Made by a program: the position numbers and the translations under genes
Assembly (NCBI GenBank): GCA_019973935.1
Contig: BMAU01016994.1
Location: forward strand, 1,008,762-1,072,761
Length of the DNA stretch: 64,000 nucleotides
Reading direction: 5' to 3'
Source of the DNA: Trichonephila clavipes
Lineage: Eukaryota
Shown: positions 34,916 through 49,211 of the stretch, one piece after another
How the letters are laid out: every line of letters starts with the position of its first letter
How positions within the stretch are numbered: position 1 is the first letter of the stretch
The notes under the pieces: model-generated
The model's database searches: none
Seen by the model: the letters and a program-made list of their open reading frames with translations, nothing else
What the model was told of the DNA's origin: nothing

Positions 34916-37467
34916 AAAATTGATATTAAGTAAAAAATACTTAAGTGAAGTACTTCTTGTTATAGTTAAATTATTTATAAGGCTGCCTTTGGTAGGCAGA
35001 CTGACTAGGCTTTCTATTATTGACTTTGCATTATTCTTACAATGGGAACAATTATTTTAAATATATTAAAAAAATTAAGTAGTTGTTTTTAAGTATTTTT
35101 ATTGTCATATTTATTAGAGTTTAAGCCATCATTCATTCTAAGCTGCATCCCAAATTCTCAATATGTTTTTATGGTAAAATAAAAAAGATGGTGTAAAATA
35201 GTTTGTTGATAATCCATATTTGTGAAATTAAAAAAAAATTAAGATGAGAATGAATGAGAAGTGAATAATTTATTTTACCAGAGTACTAAAATTTTTTAAA
35301 TATATACATCTGTAATTGTTCTAACGTTAGCATCATGTTCAGTTTTCCCTATCCTATGAAGTTTTCCAGCTTCAATTCTTATCTATACTCGAGTTTTAGT
35401 AGCATTATAATTGAAACAAAATTGTGACTTGGATTTGAATTTATACGGTTATTTATTCTATGTATTAGCTGTTATGGAACTTGAGTTATAAAGCATATCT
35501 TGACAAGTCATTCCAAAATTAAGTCTTTTATTGTTTTCCATAAACTTCTAAAACATGTTTCATAAAAGTTATCTAAGAACTGGAGAAAAATAGCTTAAAA
35601 ACTAAAAATTTTGTTAATTTTAATTCTAAATTTTATTTCCAGCAAAATTTAGAACTAAGCATTACATTAAATAAGAATATTTTTTGAACATATGTTTTTC
35701 TAAATGTAATGTTCTTTCCACTTTTTTAAACATCTTTCAGGAAAAATATTTTGATTTTTAATTTTTGTAAAAACTGATGACTAATTTTGATTTTGGAGCT
35801 TATATATATTAGTATATGTGTTTTGTCCAAATTATATTATCATATAAATATTTTAAAGTATAACAACTAGATCTTGTTTAAAAATTCATTTTGTATGTAT
35901 TTATGTATGATGTAGTAAAGAGATATATGCAATTAAATCTTGTTCTTTTTTGGCATTTTCATGTAGTTATTGTTCAGCTTCATAGTGTATGTTACATATA
36001 CTCTTATTTTATGCATTTTTACTATTATATATTTGTAAGAAATTTAATGTACTGGCTTTTATTATATATTTTTTTTATCTTCTCTGCAAAATAACTAACT
36101 TTTTAACTACATAAGATAATTAACTCATTGTTCAACATAAGTGGAATTTGTAGTTAAAAATTTTTCTGTTTGTTGATAACTAGAATGTTTAAAAAAGGGG
36201 AACTAAAATTTTTAATACATTTCATAAAATATTTTATAAATTATTAATAAAGTATTGTATTAATAAAGTATGAAACTAAACCAATTTATCATATTTAAAC
36301 TTTTAAGCTTGGCAGTTTGTGTCTGGAAAAACAAAACAGTACCATGTAGTCTTATGAAAGTGTTGTAATCTTATAATTTCAATGTTGTATATTTTATTAC
36401 ATAGGAGTGAATATAATAATTAATTTAGAGTTTTTAGTATTTTTATTTTTCCTATTTGTCCTACTAATATATATCAAATATATTCAGAATATAACTAAAT
36501 TATATATTAATATTAAAGAAGATTATCAATTTAATTTTTAATATCTTTTTCCCTTTAAAATTTTTTAGACACATCAAACATTATAATTGCATAAAATTAT
36601 TTGTTAATATGATCATAATGATAATTTTCATAAATGATAAAAATATTCTTATAAATGTCACCCATTTTAATCTTTTATAATACTTCTAAATTTGAGTTTT
36701 TTTTCCAATTTGCTTTTATTGGGTAACATTAAGTTAGAAATATTGATGTAACATGTATTAAGAGATATTAAATTTAAAGGCTAAACTTATCTATTGAATG
36801 CATGTGTAAATTTTGCTTAATATTTTTTTTCATGAATAAAATTTTTCAATTATCTCATGATGTTCATTCATGATCTAAAAAACAGCAATTCACAAGTTTT
36901 AAAGAAAGTAAGTTTTAAAGTATCTGGTCAAAAGATAATTTTGTTTAATAATGGAGGAAACTTTGGAAAAAATTTTTTTTTTAGCAGTAGTGATTTTATA
37001 TTTAGAAATAAAAATTTCAGTTAGCAAACTAAGAAAATATTTAATTTTTAGAATTTAATGGGATTTATGTATAAATAAAAAAACACATATTTCGAGTTAA
37101 AATGTAATGGGTTGACTATTCCATAAATTTTTTTTCTTTGAAATTTTTATGTATCATATATAAATTAAGAACTAAAAGAACTCATTTTTTTAATTGGAAT
37201 TCAGATGTAATTTGAAAAAAAACTTCAAAACATCTTTAAAAACTTTCTATATAATATGTCAATTCTTGCAATGTGATGATTTATGACTTCTACTGTTTAA
37301 GAATTTATGTATTTCTATAGCATGTTTAAATAAGCATATAATCAAAATTTAGTGTATTAAATAGTTTCTTTTGGTAAAATATTTAAAATATACTTTCTTT
37401 TTTAGATTTGTTTGAAGAGGAAATAGTAGTTTGCAGAGGTTTTTTCCTCTTCATTGTCATAATTTAA

Positions 37468-37496
37468 ATGGACAGAGCAAGTAAAGTACTGCGAAG
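37468..37496 (+). CDS. host gene coding exon 1 (ATG; MDRASKVLRR)
   Basis: ATG then donor AAG|GTAATA. The reading frame continues in exon 2. Confidence 0.5.
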
Positions 37497-38609
37497 GTAA
37501 TATGCTTATTTGTCTTTTAAATCTTATTTAGGTAAATTCAAGCTTATGTATTTAATGTTTTGCACATTTTAATATATATTAATTAATAATTTTGCTTACA
37601 AGTATATAAAAATTGAAATAAAGTATATTTTTAAATGCAACAAAAAATATTAGGAATAATATGAGGGCAATTTCAAAATTAATGCATAAAATGACATTAC
37701 TGCTGCAGGGTAGAGACATCACAAGGGTGATAAGTCAATTGTAGTTTGAACTTTGAGGAAGCAACTTGTATTCTTCTTCTATCAGTAGCTTGTATGTTTT
37801 AAATTAATGAGAGTTGCAAATGGAGCCTACAGCAGTCTCTGGTACTGTGAATGCTAAAGATTAAAGACTGAAACTTAACGTTCTGCCTGAAGAAGTATGT
37901 GATAATTTAACTATAGACTGTTTTGTGATTTAACAATAGATAGTTCTTATTGGAGAGCTCCATATTACCCATGAACCAAAAAATTATATTAAGATTTGTT
38001 GAAGGTCAAACAGAGGGTGATTTTTGTTTGTAGTTACCAAGGTCTAATCATTACAAAAAACAGGTTCATGTGGACAAAGTGTCATAAGACTATACTATCA
38101 TCCTTTACTGAAAAAAGGAAGAATGAATGTGCACAAAACTCAATCTCGATTGCTTTAGCTTGGACTACTTGTTCTCCTTGACAATGCTTGGCTGCTTGTT
38201 GCCCAGATTGTAATAGGACAGCTGCTTTAATATGGTAGGAAGGTGTTACCCCTTTATGCACCTTTCAGTCCTGACACAAGTCCATCAAATTTTGACTTAC
38301 AAAATTGAAAGAACCTATGTGAGAACTTATTTTTTTTATTTATGATCGACCATTTTACTTCCATTAATTTTCCGTCCATTTGGTAAATGAACAAAGATAA
38401 TGTATTAGATAGAATTAGAAAGCTTCCAAGCTGTTTGAATCCATCTCTGTGATGAAGGGAGACTACACTGAAAGCTTATAAAGAACTATTACCATCCAAA
38501 TTGATATGTAAATTTTAAAGAAATAAATGCATAACTTTTTTTATTAATTTTCCTATTTATTTCTTGCACCATTAATATTAGTGATGCACGCTTAACTTCC
38601 ATATGTGTA

Positions 38610-38745
38610 TCTTGGTGTGGAAGTTAGGAGAGGGAGGTACCAGCTCAAGTGTAGTCCTCCTCACTTGACCATGGTTTAAAATAATGAGGTTCATCTCCAA
38701 AAGCCCTCGTGTAGCTGAATAGCCCAACACTAATATTTATTTACT
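38610..38745 (+). mobile_element. old, diverged SINE1 3' fragment
   Basis: About 80% match to the SINE1 3' region (GGTACCAGCTCAAGTGTAGTCC...CCCTCGTGTAGCTGAATAGC). Confidence 0.55.
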
Positions 38746-41498
38746 CACTCCATATGTGTATCTGTTAATATTGATTAAAGCCGTTTTTTTTGCATTTTTG
38801 TGCTTATTTCCATAATTTTGTAATTAAATGCTGTTTTAGCCTTAAAATACATTTTGATAGCTCTATTTTGCAGTCTGATACAACATATTTAATGGCATTC
38901 ACAACAAGTTTGTGTGCATGATGTTACTACATAAATATGAATAATTCTGTATCTCAGGAAGATGAATTTGAGGAGTACTTAAAACTAGCTTTGAAATTTG
39001 GTTCAGAAATTAATTGAAGGATTCACATCATCCACAGAAAGCTATTTGAAAATAATTGAGCTTGTAATGTCTAGATATGAGAAAGAGGAATTTTTAATAT
39101 AATTATATGTTAGAGAATTGTTACTCTTGTTCTTCAAAAAGGATGGGAAATTCCAGTTGTCTAGTTATATAATAAATTAGAATCTCAATTGCATACCCTA
39201 GATTCCTTGGGAACTTAGAACTTACTGAAAAAGAACTCTCCTTAGAACAGAGTCTAATAACTATTATCATTTAACTTTTGTTCTTTTTTAGTATTAAGGT
39301 GCATATATATAACTGTAATTGATGACAGTGTAATTAACTTTTTAGCTTAATTTTAAGAGAAATTACCATTCTTCAGACTGAGAAATATTTTTTAGACAAT
39401 CATTAAAAATAAACTTTTGTTGAATTGTTTAATCAGTTATATTGATTTTTGTCATATTGACTCTTTGCAATTAGATTGTCTAAAATGTAATTCATAGGAT
39501 GTCTAAATATTTTCTGTGTGTGTGTAAATATCAGTTATTCTGAAAAATTACTTAATATTGACAAAAATAGGGTTATTGAAAAATTAAAGGGAATGTTTTC
39601 AAAAATATTAATAATTTTTTACCTCAAAATGCAGTTATGTCAACAGTATTACTTTTTTTTTCATTTTGGAAGTAAATTCATAATAAATTCGTGATATTTA
39701 TGAATTATTTTCATGCTTGTGATTTATTACCAATGATTAAAACTGCATGCCAGAGAATTTTCCAAAGACATTACATGTTATGACAACCAATTTGATATCC
39801 TAAAAATATTTTCTAAAATTTATTGAAATCCCCTGAAGATCACAGATGACATGGGGTTAGTATTTAAGTACTAAGAAGTTGATTATAGATTTCAGTTGTG
39901 TAATTGTTTTAAGGTGCATGTTGTGTCAGTTTTTGCAATTTTAGATTTTAAAACTATTTAAAAAGAACAAAAAAATTTAATTTTTCAAACTGTGATTTAT
40001 GAAATAATGCTAAAAATGATAATTTTTAAAAATTACTATTTGTTACATTTAAAGGTCAAAAACTCAGAATAATTGTTGGCTTGACAGTGATTAAAAAAGG
40101 AATGCAATTGTGACTCAAATACTTCAACTGATTCTTACTGTCTAAAAAAGTTTTTTGTCTCTGTTTTACTAAGATAGATTGTGTATTTTAGGAACATGTT
40201 GTTGGTCTAAAATTGAAGTTACTCATGTGTAAAATGATTAATAAATACAAAAGTTACATATATTCAGAGAATAGCTGTTATGTGGCTTAAAACTTAATAC
40301 ACAAATATCGTACCTTGTTGATATTTAAGTATCAAATTAACTCTTTTTTTAATTTTTGATATGTGTCTAAATTGTGATTTAGAAATGTCAATGAGAAATG
40401 TTTTCATAAGTGTACTACAGATATGAAATTTGTATATGTAACGTTTTTAACTCTAAAGAAACCTTTGACTTGTCTTTTCACTTTTATGCATTTAGCAGTT
40501 TAATGGAAGCCAGTATAGTATATATAAAGGCAATAGATTTTAATTAGTGGGTTATGGATTAACCAGAAAGCAAATTATTGTCGGGATACTGGAAAAATAG
40601 AAAGAAAAAAAATTCTCCATTTTCAAATAATTTTACCAAACTGAAATAAATCTACAAGTTAAAATCTGACCCAAACTGTAATTTTTTAGAGATAAGACAT
40701 GTGCTCTACCTATAGGAAGAGTTCATGTGTGAGGATTTTATAATATTGGATATGATATACAACATTACTACTGCTTGTAAAATAATTAATGGTTAACTTT
40801 AAAAAACATTAGGGCAGAAAATATTACTTGAAATTTTCATGAGTAATTACTTAGTTTTCAAAAGAGTGCTGTGTGAAGCAGTGTAAAAATATTAAATACT
40901 TTACAAAGCACAGATAGATGTAAAAATATTGATTAGGAGGCAGTGCCTGATTAATTAAATAAGAATAATAAATCATCCAGACATGAAATATGGAAAAATG
41001 ATGAAATTGGGCAGTAAGTATATTAAGATTTTACATAATGAACCAATCCCCATTAAAGAAGGGGAGTTATACCAAAGGAAGTGTAAGTCACACACACACA
41101 ATTCTATGTAAATGTTCTTAATTATTTAGAACTCTCAAGAAGATGGTAACTGCTCAAAAAAATCCAATCCTGGATTTAAAAGGAAATTAATCCTGGGCAA
41201 TCTAAGCACATTATTTGGCAAAAACTTTTTGAAAACACAGAATACAAATACAAAATTGTCATTTCAAGCGGTGATAAATCAAGTACTATGCTCTTCATCA
41301 ATTTCACATATATTATGATTTAATCTAAATTTTTTATCCAGGATTTTACCTTTCATTCCGAACAATCTGTTGCAAATGTTTCAGCAATAGTTTTATTTAT
41401 TGTATATATAATTTTTCTGTCATGAAATAATGTACTTTATTAACTCTAATGATCTACAATATGAATTAAATTTTACATGCATTATATTTACATAATAG

Positions 41499-41614
41499 GA
41501 GCAGTGTTCGTTTGAGGTCTTTAGGAGCTGGCCATTCTGATCTGAATATGGTTATATCAGAGCTAAAAGATCTGAGGCATGCTACAAAAGCATTTATGTC
41601 TGCACAAAATTCTG
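41499..41614 (+). CDS. host gene exon 2
   Basis: Acceptor ATAG|GAGC and donor CTG|GTAAGT. Open in one frame only (SSVRLRSLGAGHSDLNMVISELKDLRHATKAFMSAQNS). Confidence 0.6.
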
Positions 41615-43560
41615 GTAAGTAAAATTTTAGCATTGATTTTATTTAATCAATATTTTTGGTTTTGTGTAACATTTTGATGAATATCTTTACATATGTATTT
41701 CATATTTTCTTAAAATATAGATTAATTAATTCATTAGTTTATTGAATTTAATTAATAACAACTTATCATATCTTGTTAAAAGAGGGAAAATATGAATCAT
41801 TTGGGCATTGTAATTTATTATGTATTCTTTGATTGTTTTTCTTCAAATATCTCTGAAACTAATCATCATATTGAAATGGAATTTAGATTTTAGGTTATTT
41901 AGACTTGTCATCGCAATTAGTGGTCAGTAAAAAATTCCACAAAAATATTGAAATTTTACTGCATGTGTAATATTTACATAAACTAAAATTTTCCATTTTT
42001 TTTAAAATTATATAATTACTCTATAACTTTGTTATCTTTAATAGGTGCATATCACATTAATAGAAGTTTTTTGATTGTTATATTAAAAAAAATTCTAAAT
42101 TCTCGTATTAGTCATCTACCAAATATAAAAGTATACATTTAATGGTCCATGAAGTTCTCAAGGTTTGCATCCCCTGATTTAAGTAATTTTTTTACATGTA
42201 AATCTATAAGAAAATATGGTTTAAACATAATGAAAGAATTCATTTTAAATATGTGTTAATTTTATTAATAACTTAACTGTTAATATATTTAGCTTCTTTT
42301 GAATCATTAAAATTGATTTCAATTTGTCAAACTGTGGTATAAATTAAGGTCTATTCAGAATGTTGCATTTTGTGATGATTTGACAAAAGATATAAACAGA
42401 TTAAAGCATTTTTATGGAAAGTCAAATATTCTTAATCAGATCAACACTCATACATTTTATAAGTTGAGATTTATAATGTATTTGTGGTTCAATTAAAATT
42501 CATTTAAAGTTTTAAGATATGAAAAAAATTATGGTTAAAAATTTCATTTTGAAAAATATGGCAATTTAGTAAAAATTGGTGTTTATTTTCTGTCATTATG
42601 AGGGCAAAATTAGCAGTTCTAAAAATAATCATAAAATATAACATTGCTAGGGGCAGAATTTTGCAAAGGCTATTTGTATGGGGAGGTATGAATGTAGTAA
42701 CATTTAATTAAATTGGGAATATATTGGAGCAAATTTAAATGCCTAACTTTTTTTTTCTGCTTAAAGCATTTTAAATTGTATTTAGCAGTTCCCCTGTGTC
42801 ACAGGTTCATATAAGAGGAATTCATATAACCATCTGGTTGATTGCAGAGGTGTTATATAACACACTAAAAAAATTCCATACAACATGGTAGAGATAGATG
42901 TTTCAATTTTAATGAGTTTTATTAACTCCAATAAATTTTTGGCTGTTACATTAAATGTCGTTGTGCTTCTCAAATTTTCCGACCAATTTTTATAGGAGAT
43001 CATCTCAGCTTATTTCTTGTTATGATATATGTTAAACGAGTTTAAAAAAATCTTTTATTTTATACTATTTATTTCATTCAACTTACATTGGAGGGTAAGT
43101 TTTAAGAAAATAAATTTTCGAAAATTGAACCTGATTTCATCTAGAGGAAATGCATGTTTTTCTGGCACATACATAGTATAAATTAAATTGCTTAAAATCA
43201 AGTATTTTCCTAATCTCAGTGACTCGTACATAACAGATTCATATAACACACAACATATCTACCGTGTTATAGGGGGGTTACTGTACTTTTTTTTAAAACA
43301 TTGATTGACTAGCTTGGGGATTTTCTCTATTCACAAATTTTTCATTTCTTGCATGACATTGGTTTTTTCACAATACATTTAATTTCAATGAAAATAGCTG
43401 TATTAAATAAAAATTATTAACTAAATGTTTGGCACAACATTTCCCATGAAGATTTGCCTCCAAAGATTAAACCAACCATGAAAATTCTGAAAATGGTACT
43501 GGAATTAATGGATACTTGTAGTTTTTGTTAAAAAAAATACCAATGGTTTTTATTTTATAG

Positions 43561-43613
43561 CTTCTCAAGATATGGTTAAATGGGCTACCTGTGATGAAAA
43601 CAGAGCAATTCAA
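43561..43613 (+). CDS. host gene exon 3
   Basis: Polypyrimidine tract then TATAG acceptor. Donor CAA|GTAAGT. Phase-consistent (ASQDMVKWATCDENRAIQ). Confidence 0.6.
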
Positions 43614-44422
43614 GTAAGTTTTATCTATATGTCATTTTAAAAAGTAAAGGAACAAAACACTTTTTTTTAAAAAAAGAATATTTTGGAAAGAATGATTAAG
43701 TAGTCTAATTTAAAAATTTCTTTATAGTTAATCTAATTATAGATGATTTGCAATTTTAATCTTTTTTCTCAATTTCTAAGTCTTCCACCCCTTTTAAAAT
43801 TTTAAATATTTTCTTATTTCAATGTTTTAATTGTTGTATTTTTAATAATGTTATAGCGATTGTTTTAAACAGATGTATAGTAATTTGAAATATCTTTGTT
43901 ACATGTTTCCAAATCTTCAGATTTTAATTTCATCAGTCACTATTTTATGTAAAAATTGTGACAAAATACTGGGCTTGAAAATCATTTAGCATGCTTTAAA
44001 AGTTTAACAATAAAGATACTAATTAAAGTGCTTTTGCCATTTAAGGATTATTTGGAATTATTTTTTCTGTTTTCATTAGCTGTTACACAGTTTTAATATA
44101 TTAAATACACAAAACAAGCAATTAAGTTGACTTGATTGACTTGAACAATATTCAATTTTCTCATCCCAATTGCATGTATACAAACACATACTTTATTATA
44201 TAAAGAGGTAGGAACAAAAAAATTCAGAAATTGAGATAATCCATGTCAACAAAAATTTGCAGTATTTGAAATGCATTTTCTCTTCCTTTCATGATTGTTT
44301 CACTTCTGCTATCTTGATTGAATTGCATGCACAAATGTCTTTGTTCTATGATGTAAAAAATATGGATTTTTTTTTCAAAAGCAACACTGTAACACTAAAT
44401 TTTGTCAGCATTTGGGAAAACT

Positions 44423-44540
44423 TCGGTGCCAGCTCAGGTGTCGTCCACGTCACTTGACCATGGTTCAAAATTACGTGGTCCGTCGCCAAAAGCCCTCGTG
44501 TAGCTGAACAGTGCGACGTTAATATTCAATCAATCAATCA
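44423..44540 (+). mobile_element. SINE1 5'-truncated copy (SINE-a), left boundary of the tandem duplication
   Basis: SINE1 3' ~120 bp with (TCAA)n tail. Flanked on both sides by TTGGGAAAACTTC (44410-44422 and 44541-44553). Confidence 0.8.
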
Positions 44541-45454
44541 ATTGGGAAAACTTCATTTGAAACTTATGCTAACAAAATTATAGTAATTCTACAATGTTGA
44601 TTTCATGGGTGTATACATGATATCAGCATTTTAAAATCTGATGATCCAGTGCAGGTAAGTTCTCTGACAGACCTGCAGTTTTACTAATTGAGCTAAAAAT
44701 TTATTTCTGGAGGCAGAACAGTGGTCAAATGCCATTATCTTGACAGCTTAGAACAATTCAGGAAGTGCATTCATCATAAATTATCTCGGATGTTGCAAAA
44801 TGGACAATTGTGTATCATCTGAGACCAATATACAGGCGCACATTGGTCTCAAAGTGTCATACAGTTTTTTGCCGAATTTGAAAGTGAATGCTTTCACATT
44901 TTGCCTATTTACAGGATTTAGCCCTGTGTTAGTTTTACTTATTTTAAGAATGAAACTTAAATATCTGCTAGGGTATCATTTTTTGTTTTTATATCATATA
45001 ACAACAGCTTTGCGAGAGGTTTTATGGATAGTTGCAAAAGATGGCTTTTGTATTGCTTCCATAAGTTGTACCACTTCTGTCAAAGGTGTATTGTTGCCCT
45101 AAAGGAATATTTTGAAGGTTGTTGTGTATTAATATTTTTAGATATTAGAGTTTTGAAAATTTTATGCCTTCAACTTTAGGATCCTGCTTCATAGGATAAT
45201 TTTAGAAACAGAGTTTTTATACCTTTGGCAGTTGTTAAGCTTAGAAAAATTGAATACTTTTGCATTTTACCTATATGGTAATATTAATAATATTATTTAA
45301 TCATAACTTTATTAACATTAGTTTAATATCTTAGGAATTGCAACTTGATTTTAAGTATATTGAGCCAGTCTTTTTTCAATTCCCACTATTAGCTCACACT
45401 CTCTATATATTTATTTATCTTGTTCAAATTTTCAATCATTAATAAAATACATTT

Positions 45455-45900
45455 TAAAGTGCGCAGTTGAGCTGAAATTTTATATACATGATTATTTTGG
45501 ATGACAATACAGTAATTTAATTATAAATGATAAAAATTAATTGATTAAAACTAATTCAAAGAATTACAAATACAGCAACGTTGGCATAATTTTTTGCGAC
45601 TTAGCAACCCTTTTGGCGACTTGTGTCAAAACTTGAAAAAGTTTTTTTCTCACATTTTAAAGCACTCATTTGAGCTGAAATTTTCTATACTCTATTTTTT
45701 TGGGTGACAATTGATAATTTAATTATAATTAATTAAAATTAATTTACTGAAACAATTATATTTATAGATACAGCCACGTTGGTTTCATTTTTATCGACTT
45801 GTGTTAAAATTTTAGCAGATTTTTTTTTTCTCAAGTTCTAAAGCATTCTTTTGAACTGAAATTTATACACAATTGTTTTGGATGACAAATTAATTGCCAC
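45455..45900 (+). repeat. ~190-bp tandem repeat, about 2.5 units (duplicated again at 47790-48235)
   Basis: Units begin AAAGYRCKCAKTTGAGCTGAAATTT. A related fragment with GTCGCCAA motifs lies at 10080-10180. Confidence 0.6.
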
Positions 45901-46601
45901 TTAACATTGTGATTCTGTCATATGTATATACATATTTATATTAATTGTAACTATTTAATAATAAGTAGCTAAAAAATAAATTTTTTGTTTTTTGATCTAA
46001 GCAGGAATTGACTTTTTATATTACTTGTTTTTAAATTTTGTTTACCTTATTTTCTCTGAATCATAAATAAAATGAGGATAAGAAAAAATTTTTCAAGCTA
46101 GTGTAGGATCTTGATTTGGAAGTGTTTGTAATTATTGATAAAACTGTTATGTATGCTTAAATATGCAATTTCTTAAAAACATTTGCATTACTTTTTGGCT
46201 TTGTAAATGGTTTTGTGATCTTAATTTAAATTATATTGGAAAAAATACCAAATGTATGAAAGATTTTACATCATTTAGTGTTTAACTTTTCAATCATAAT
46301 AGGCACTATAATTTTGAAAAATGTCCATTATTTTAAATTATTGTTATTGTAAGATAAAATTAAAATAATAAATCTACCTTATTTGTTACTCTTGTATATG
46401 ACATAATTTTCTGAAATCAAGATTTGTACCAAGTTTTCATAAAAACTTTTTCAATATTTAAGATTACATGGAGGTTATACCATAGACCGGTGGTCTTCAA
46501 AGTTTTTCAACTCATGAAACCCCTAGAACAAGAATGTGTTTTCATGGAAACCCTATAACTAGAGAGTATTTTCATGGGACCCTACTCCCCACACACACAG
46601 T

Positions 46602-46876
46602 GGCTGCGGTAGCCGAGTGGTATAGGTATCAGACCGTGGCTTGCCTTGTCACGAGTTCGAGCCCAGTACCACTAAAGACCCGCCGTGTAGGGCAGCGATG
46701 CACGTTAAATCTGTCGAGAGCTGAAATGTCCTCCCGTTGGTGTGGTAGTTAGGAGAGGGGGTGCCAGCTCAGGTGTCGTCCACGTCACTTGACCATGGTT
46801 CAAAATTACGTGGTCCGTCGCCAAAAGCCCTCGTGTAGCTGAACAGTGCGACGTTAATATTCAATCAATCAATCAA
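46602..46876 (+). mobile_element. SINE1 full-length copy (recombinant junction copy)
   Basis: 5' flank CCCCACACACACAGT. 3' flank TTGGGAAAACTTC. So the 5' flank comes from the downstream SINE and the 3' flank from the upstream SINE. Confidence 0.8.
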
Positions 46877-48936
46877 TTGGGAAAACTTCATTTGAAACTT
46901 ATGCTAACAAAATTATAGTAATTCTACAATGTTGATTTCATGGGTGTATACATGATATCAGCATTTTAAAATCTGATGATCCAGTGCAGGTAAGTTCTCT
47001 GACAGACCTGCAGTTTTACTAATTGAGCTAAAAATTTATTTCTGGAGGCAGAACAGTGGTCAAATGCCATTATCTTGACAGCTTAGAACAATTCAGGAAG
47101 TGCATTCATCATAAATTATCTCGGATGTTGCAAAATGGACAATTGTGTATCATCTGAGACCAATATACAGGCGCACATTGGTCTCAAAGTGTCATACAGT
47201 TTTTTGCCGAATTTGAAAGTGAATGCTTTCACATTTTGCCTATTTACAGGATTTAGCCCTGTGTTAGTTTTACTTATTTTAAGAATGAAACTTAAATATC
47301 TGCTAGGGTATCATTTTTTGTTTTTATATCATATAACAACAGCTTTGCGAGAGGTTTTATGGATAGTTGCAAAAGATGGCTTTTGTATTGCTTCCATAAG
47401 TTGTACCACTTCTGTCAAAGGTGTATTGTTGCCCTAAAGGAATATTTTGAAGGTTGTTGTGTATTAATATTTTTAGATATTAGAGTTTTGAAAATTTTAT
47501 GCCTTCAACTTTAGGATCCTGCTTCATAGGATAATTTTAGAAACAGAGTTTTTATACCTTTGACAGTTGTTAAGCTTAGAAAAATTGAATACTTTTGCAT
47601 TTTACCTATATGGTAATATTAATAATATTATTTAATCATAACTTTATTAACATTAGTTTAATATCTTAGGAATTGCAACTTGATTTTAAGTATATTGAGC
47701 CAGTCTTTTTTCAATTCCCACTATTAGCTCACACTCTCTATATATTTATTTATCTTGTTCAAATTTTCAATCATTAATAAAATACATTTTAAAGTGCACA
47801 GTTGAGCTGAAATTTTATATACATGATTATTTTGGATGACAATACAGTAATTTAATTATAAATGATAAAAATTAATTGATTAAAACTAATTCAAAGAATT
47901 ACAAATACAGCAACATTGGCATAATTTTTTGCGACTTAGCAACCCTTTTGGCGACTTGTGTCAAAACTTGAAAAAGTTTTTTTCTCACATTTTAAAGCAC
48001 TCATTTGAGCTGAAATTTTCTATACTCTATTTTTTTGGGTGACAATTGATAATTTAATTATAATTAATTAAAATTAATTTACTGAAACAATTATATTTAT
48101 AGATACAGCCACGTTGGTTTCATTTTTATCGACTTGTGTTAAAATTTTAGCAGATTTTTTTTTTCTCAAGTTCTAAAGCATTCTTTTGAACTGAAATTTA
48201 TACACAATTGTTTTGGATGACAAATTAATTGCCACTTAACATTGTGATTCTGTCATATGTATATACATATTTATATTAATTGTAACTATTTAATAATAAG
48301 TAGCTAAAAAATAAATTTTTTGTTTTTTGATCTAAGCAGGAATTGACTTTTTATATTACTTGTTTTTAAATTTTGTTTACCTTATTTTCTCTGAATCATA
48401 AATAAAATGAGGATAAGAAAAAAATTTTCAAGCTAGTGTAGGATCTTGATTTGGAAGTGTTTGTAATTATTGATAAAACTGTTATGTATGCTTAAATATG
48501 CAATTTCTTAAAAACATTTGCATTACTTTTTGGCTTTGTAAATGGTTTTGTGATCTTAATTTAAATTATATTGGAAAAAATACCAAATGTATGAAAGATT
48601 TTACATCATTTAGTGTTTAACTTTTCAATCATAATAGGCACTATAATTTTGAAAAATGTCCATTATTTTAAATTATTGTTATTGTAAGATAAAATTAAAA
48701 TAATAAATCTACCTTATTTGTTACTCTTGTATATGACATAATTTTCTGAAATCAAGATTTGTACCAAGTTTTCATAAAAACTTTTTCAATATTTAAGATT
48801 ACATGGAGGTTATACCATAGACCGGTGGTCTTCAAAGTTTTTCAACTCATGAAACCCCTAGAACAAGAATGTGTTTTCATGGAAACCCTATAACTAGAGA
48901 GTATTTTCATGGGACCCTACTCCCCACACACACAGT

Positions 48937-49211
48937 GGCTGCGGTAGCCGAGTGGTATAGGTATCAGACCGTGGCTTGCCTTGTCACGAGTTCGAGCCCA
49001 GTACCACTAAAGACCCGCCGTGTAGGGCAGCGATGCACGTTAAATCTGTCGAGAGCTGAAATGTCCTCCCGTTGGTGTGGTAGTTAGGAGAGGGGGTGCC
49101 AGCTCAGGTGTCGTCCACGTCACTTGACCATGGTTCAAAATTACGTGGTCCGTCGCCAAAAGCCCTCGTGTAGCTGAACAGTGCGACGTTAATATTCAAT
49201 CAATCAATCAA
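48937..49211 (+). mobile_element. SINE1 full-length copy (SINE-b)
   Basis: Flanked by CCCCACACACACA on both sides (target-site duplication). Confidence 0.8.

Larger units (their letters stand above)
44423..49092 (+). repeat. tandem duplication, 2 x 2335 bp (units about 44423-46757 and 46758-49092)
   Basis: Identical ORF pairs in the six-frame track at offset 2335 (44800/47135 and 46534/48869). The sequence is near-identical over the whole unit. Confidence 0.9.

Noticed and set aside
44800-45102. 100-aa ORF present twice (also at 47135-47437)
   Set aside because: The duplicate is a by-product of the 2335-bp tandem duplication inside an intron. The sequence (MDNCVSSETNIQAH...) has no recognisable domain and no splice context. 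It is probably non-coding.
46602-46680. tRNA-like sequences (GGCTGCGGTAGCCGAGTGGTATAGG...GTTCGAGCCC) at 16004, 46602, 48937, 9480(-), 51421 and 31700(-) could be tRNA genes
   Set aside because: Each is the 5' head of a ~275-bp SINE with a conserved non-tRNA body, a simple-repeat tail and target-site duplications. Acceptor-stem pairing is poor and none is followed by a normal tRNA 3' end.
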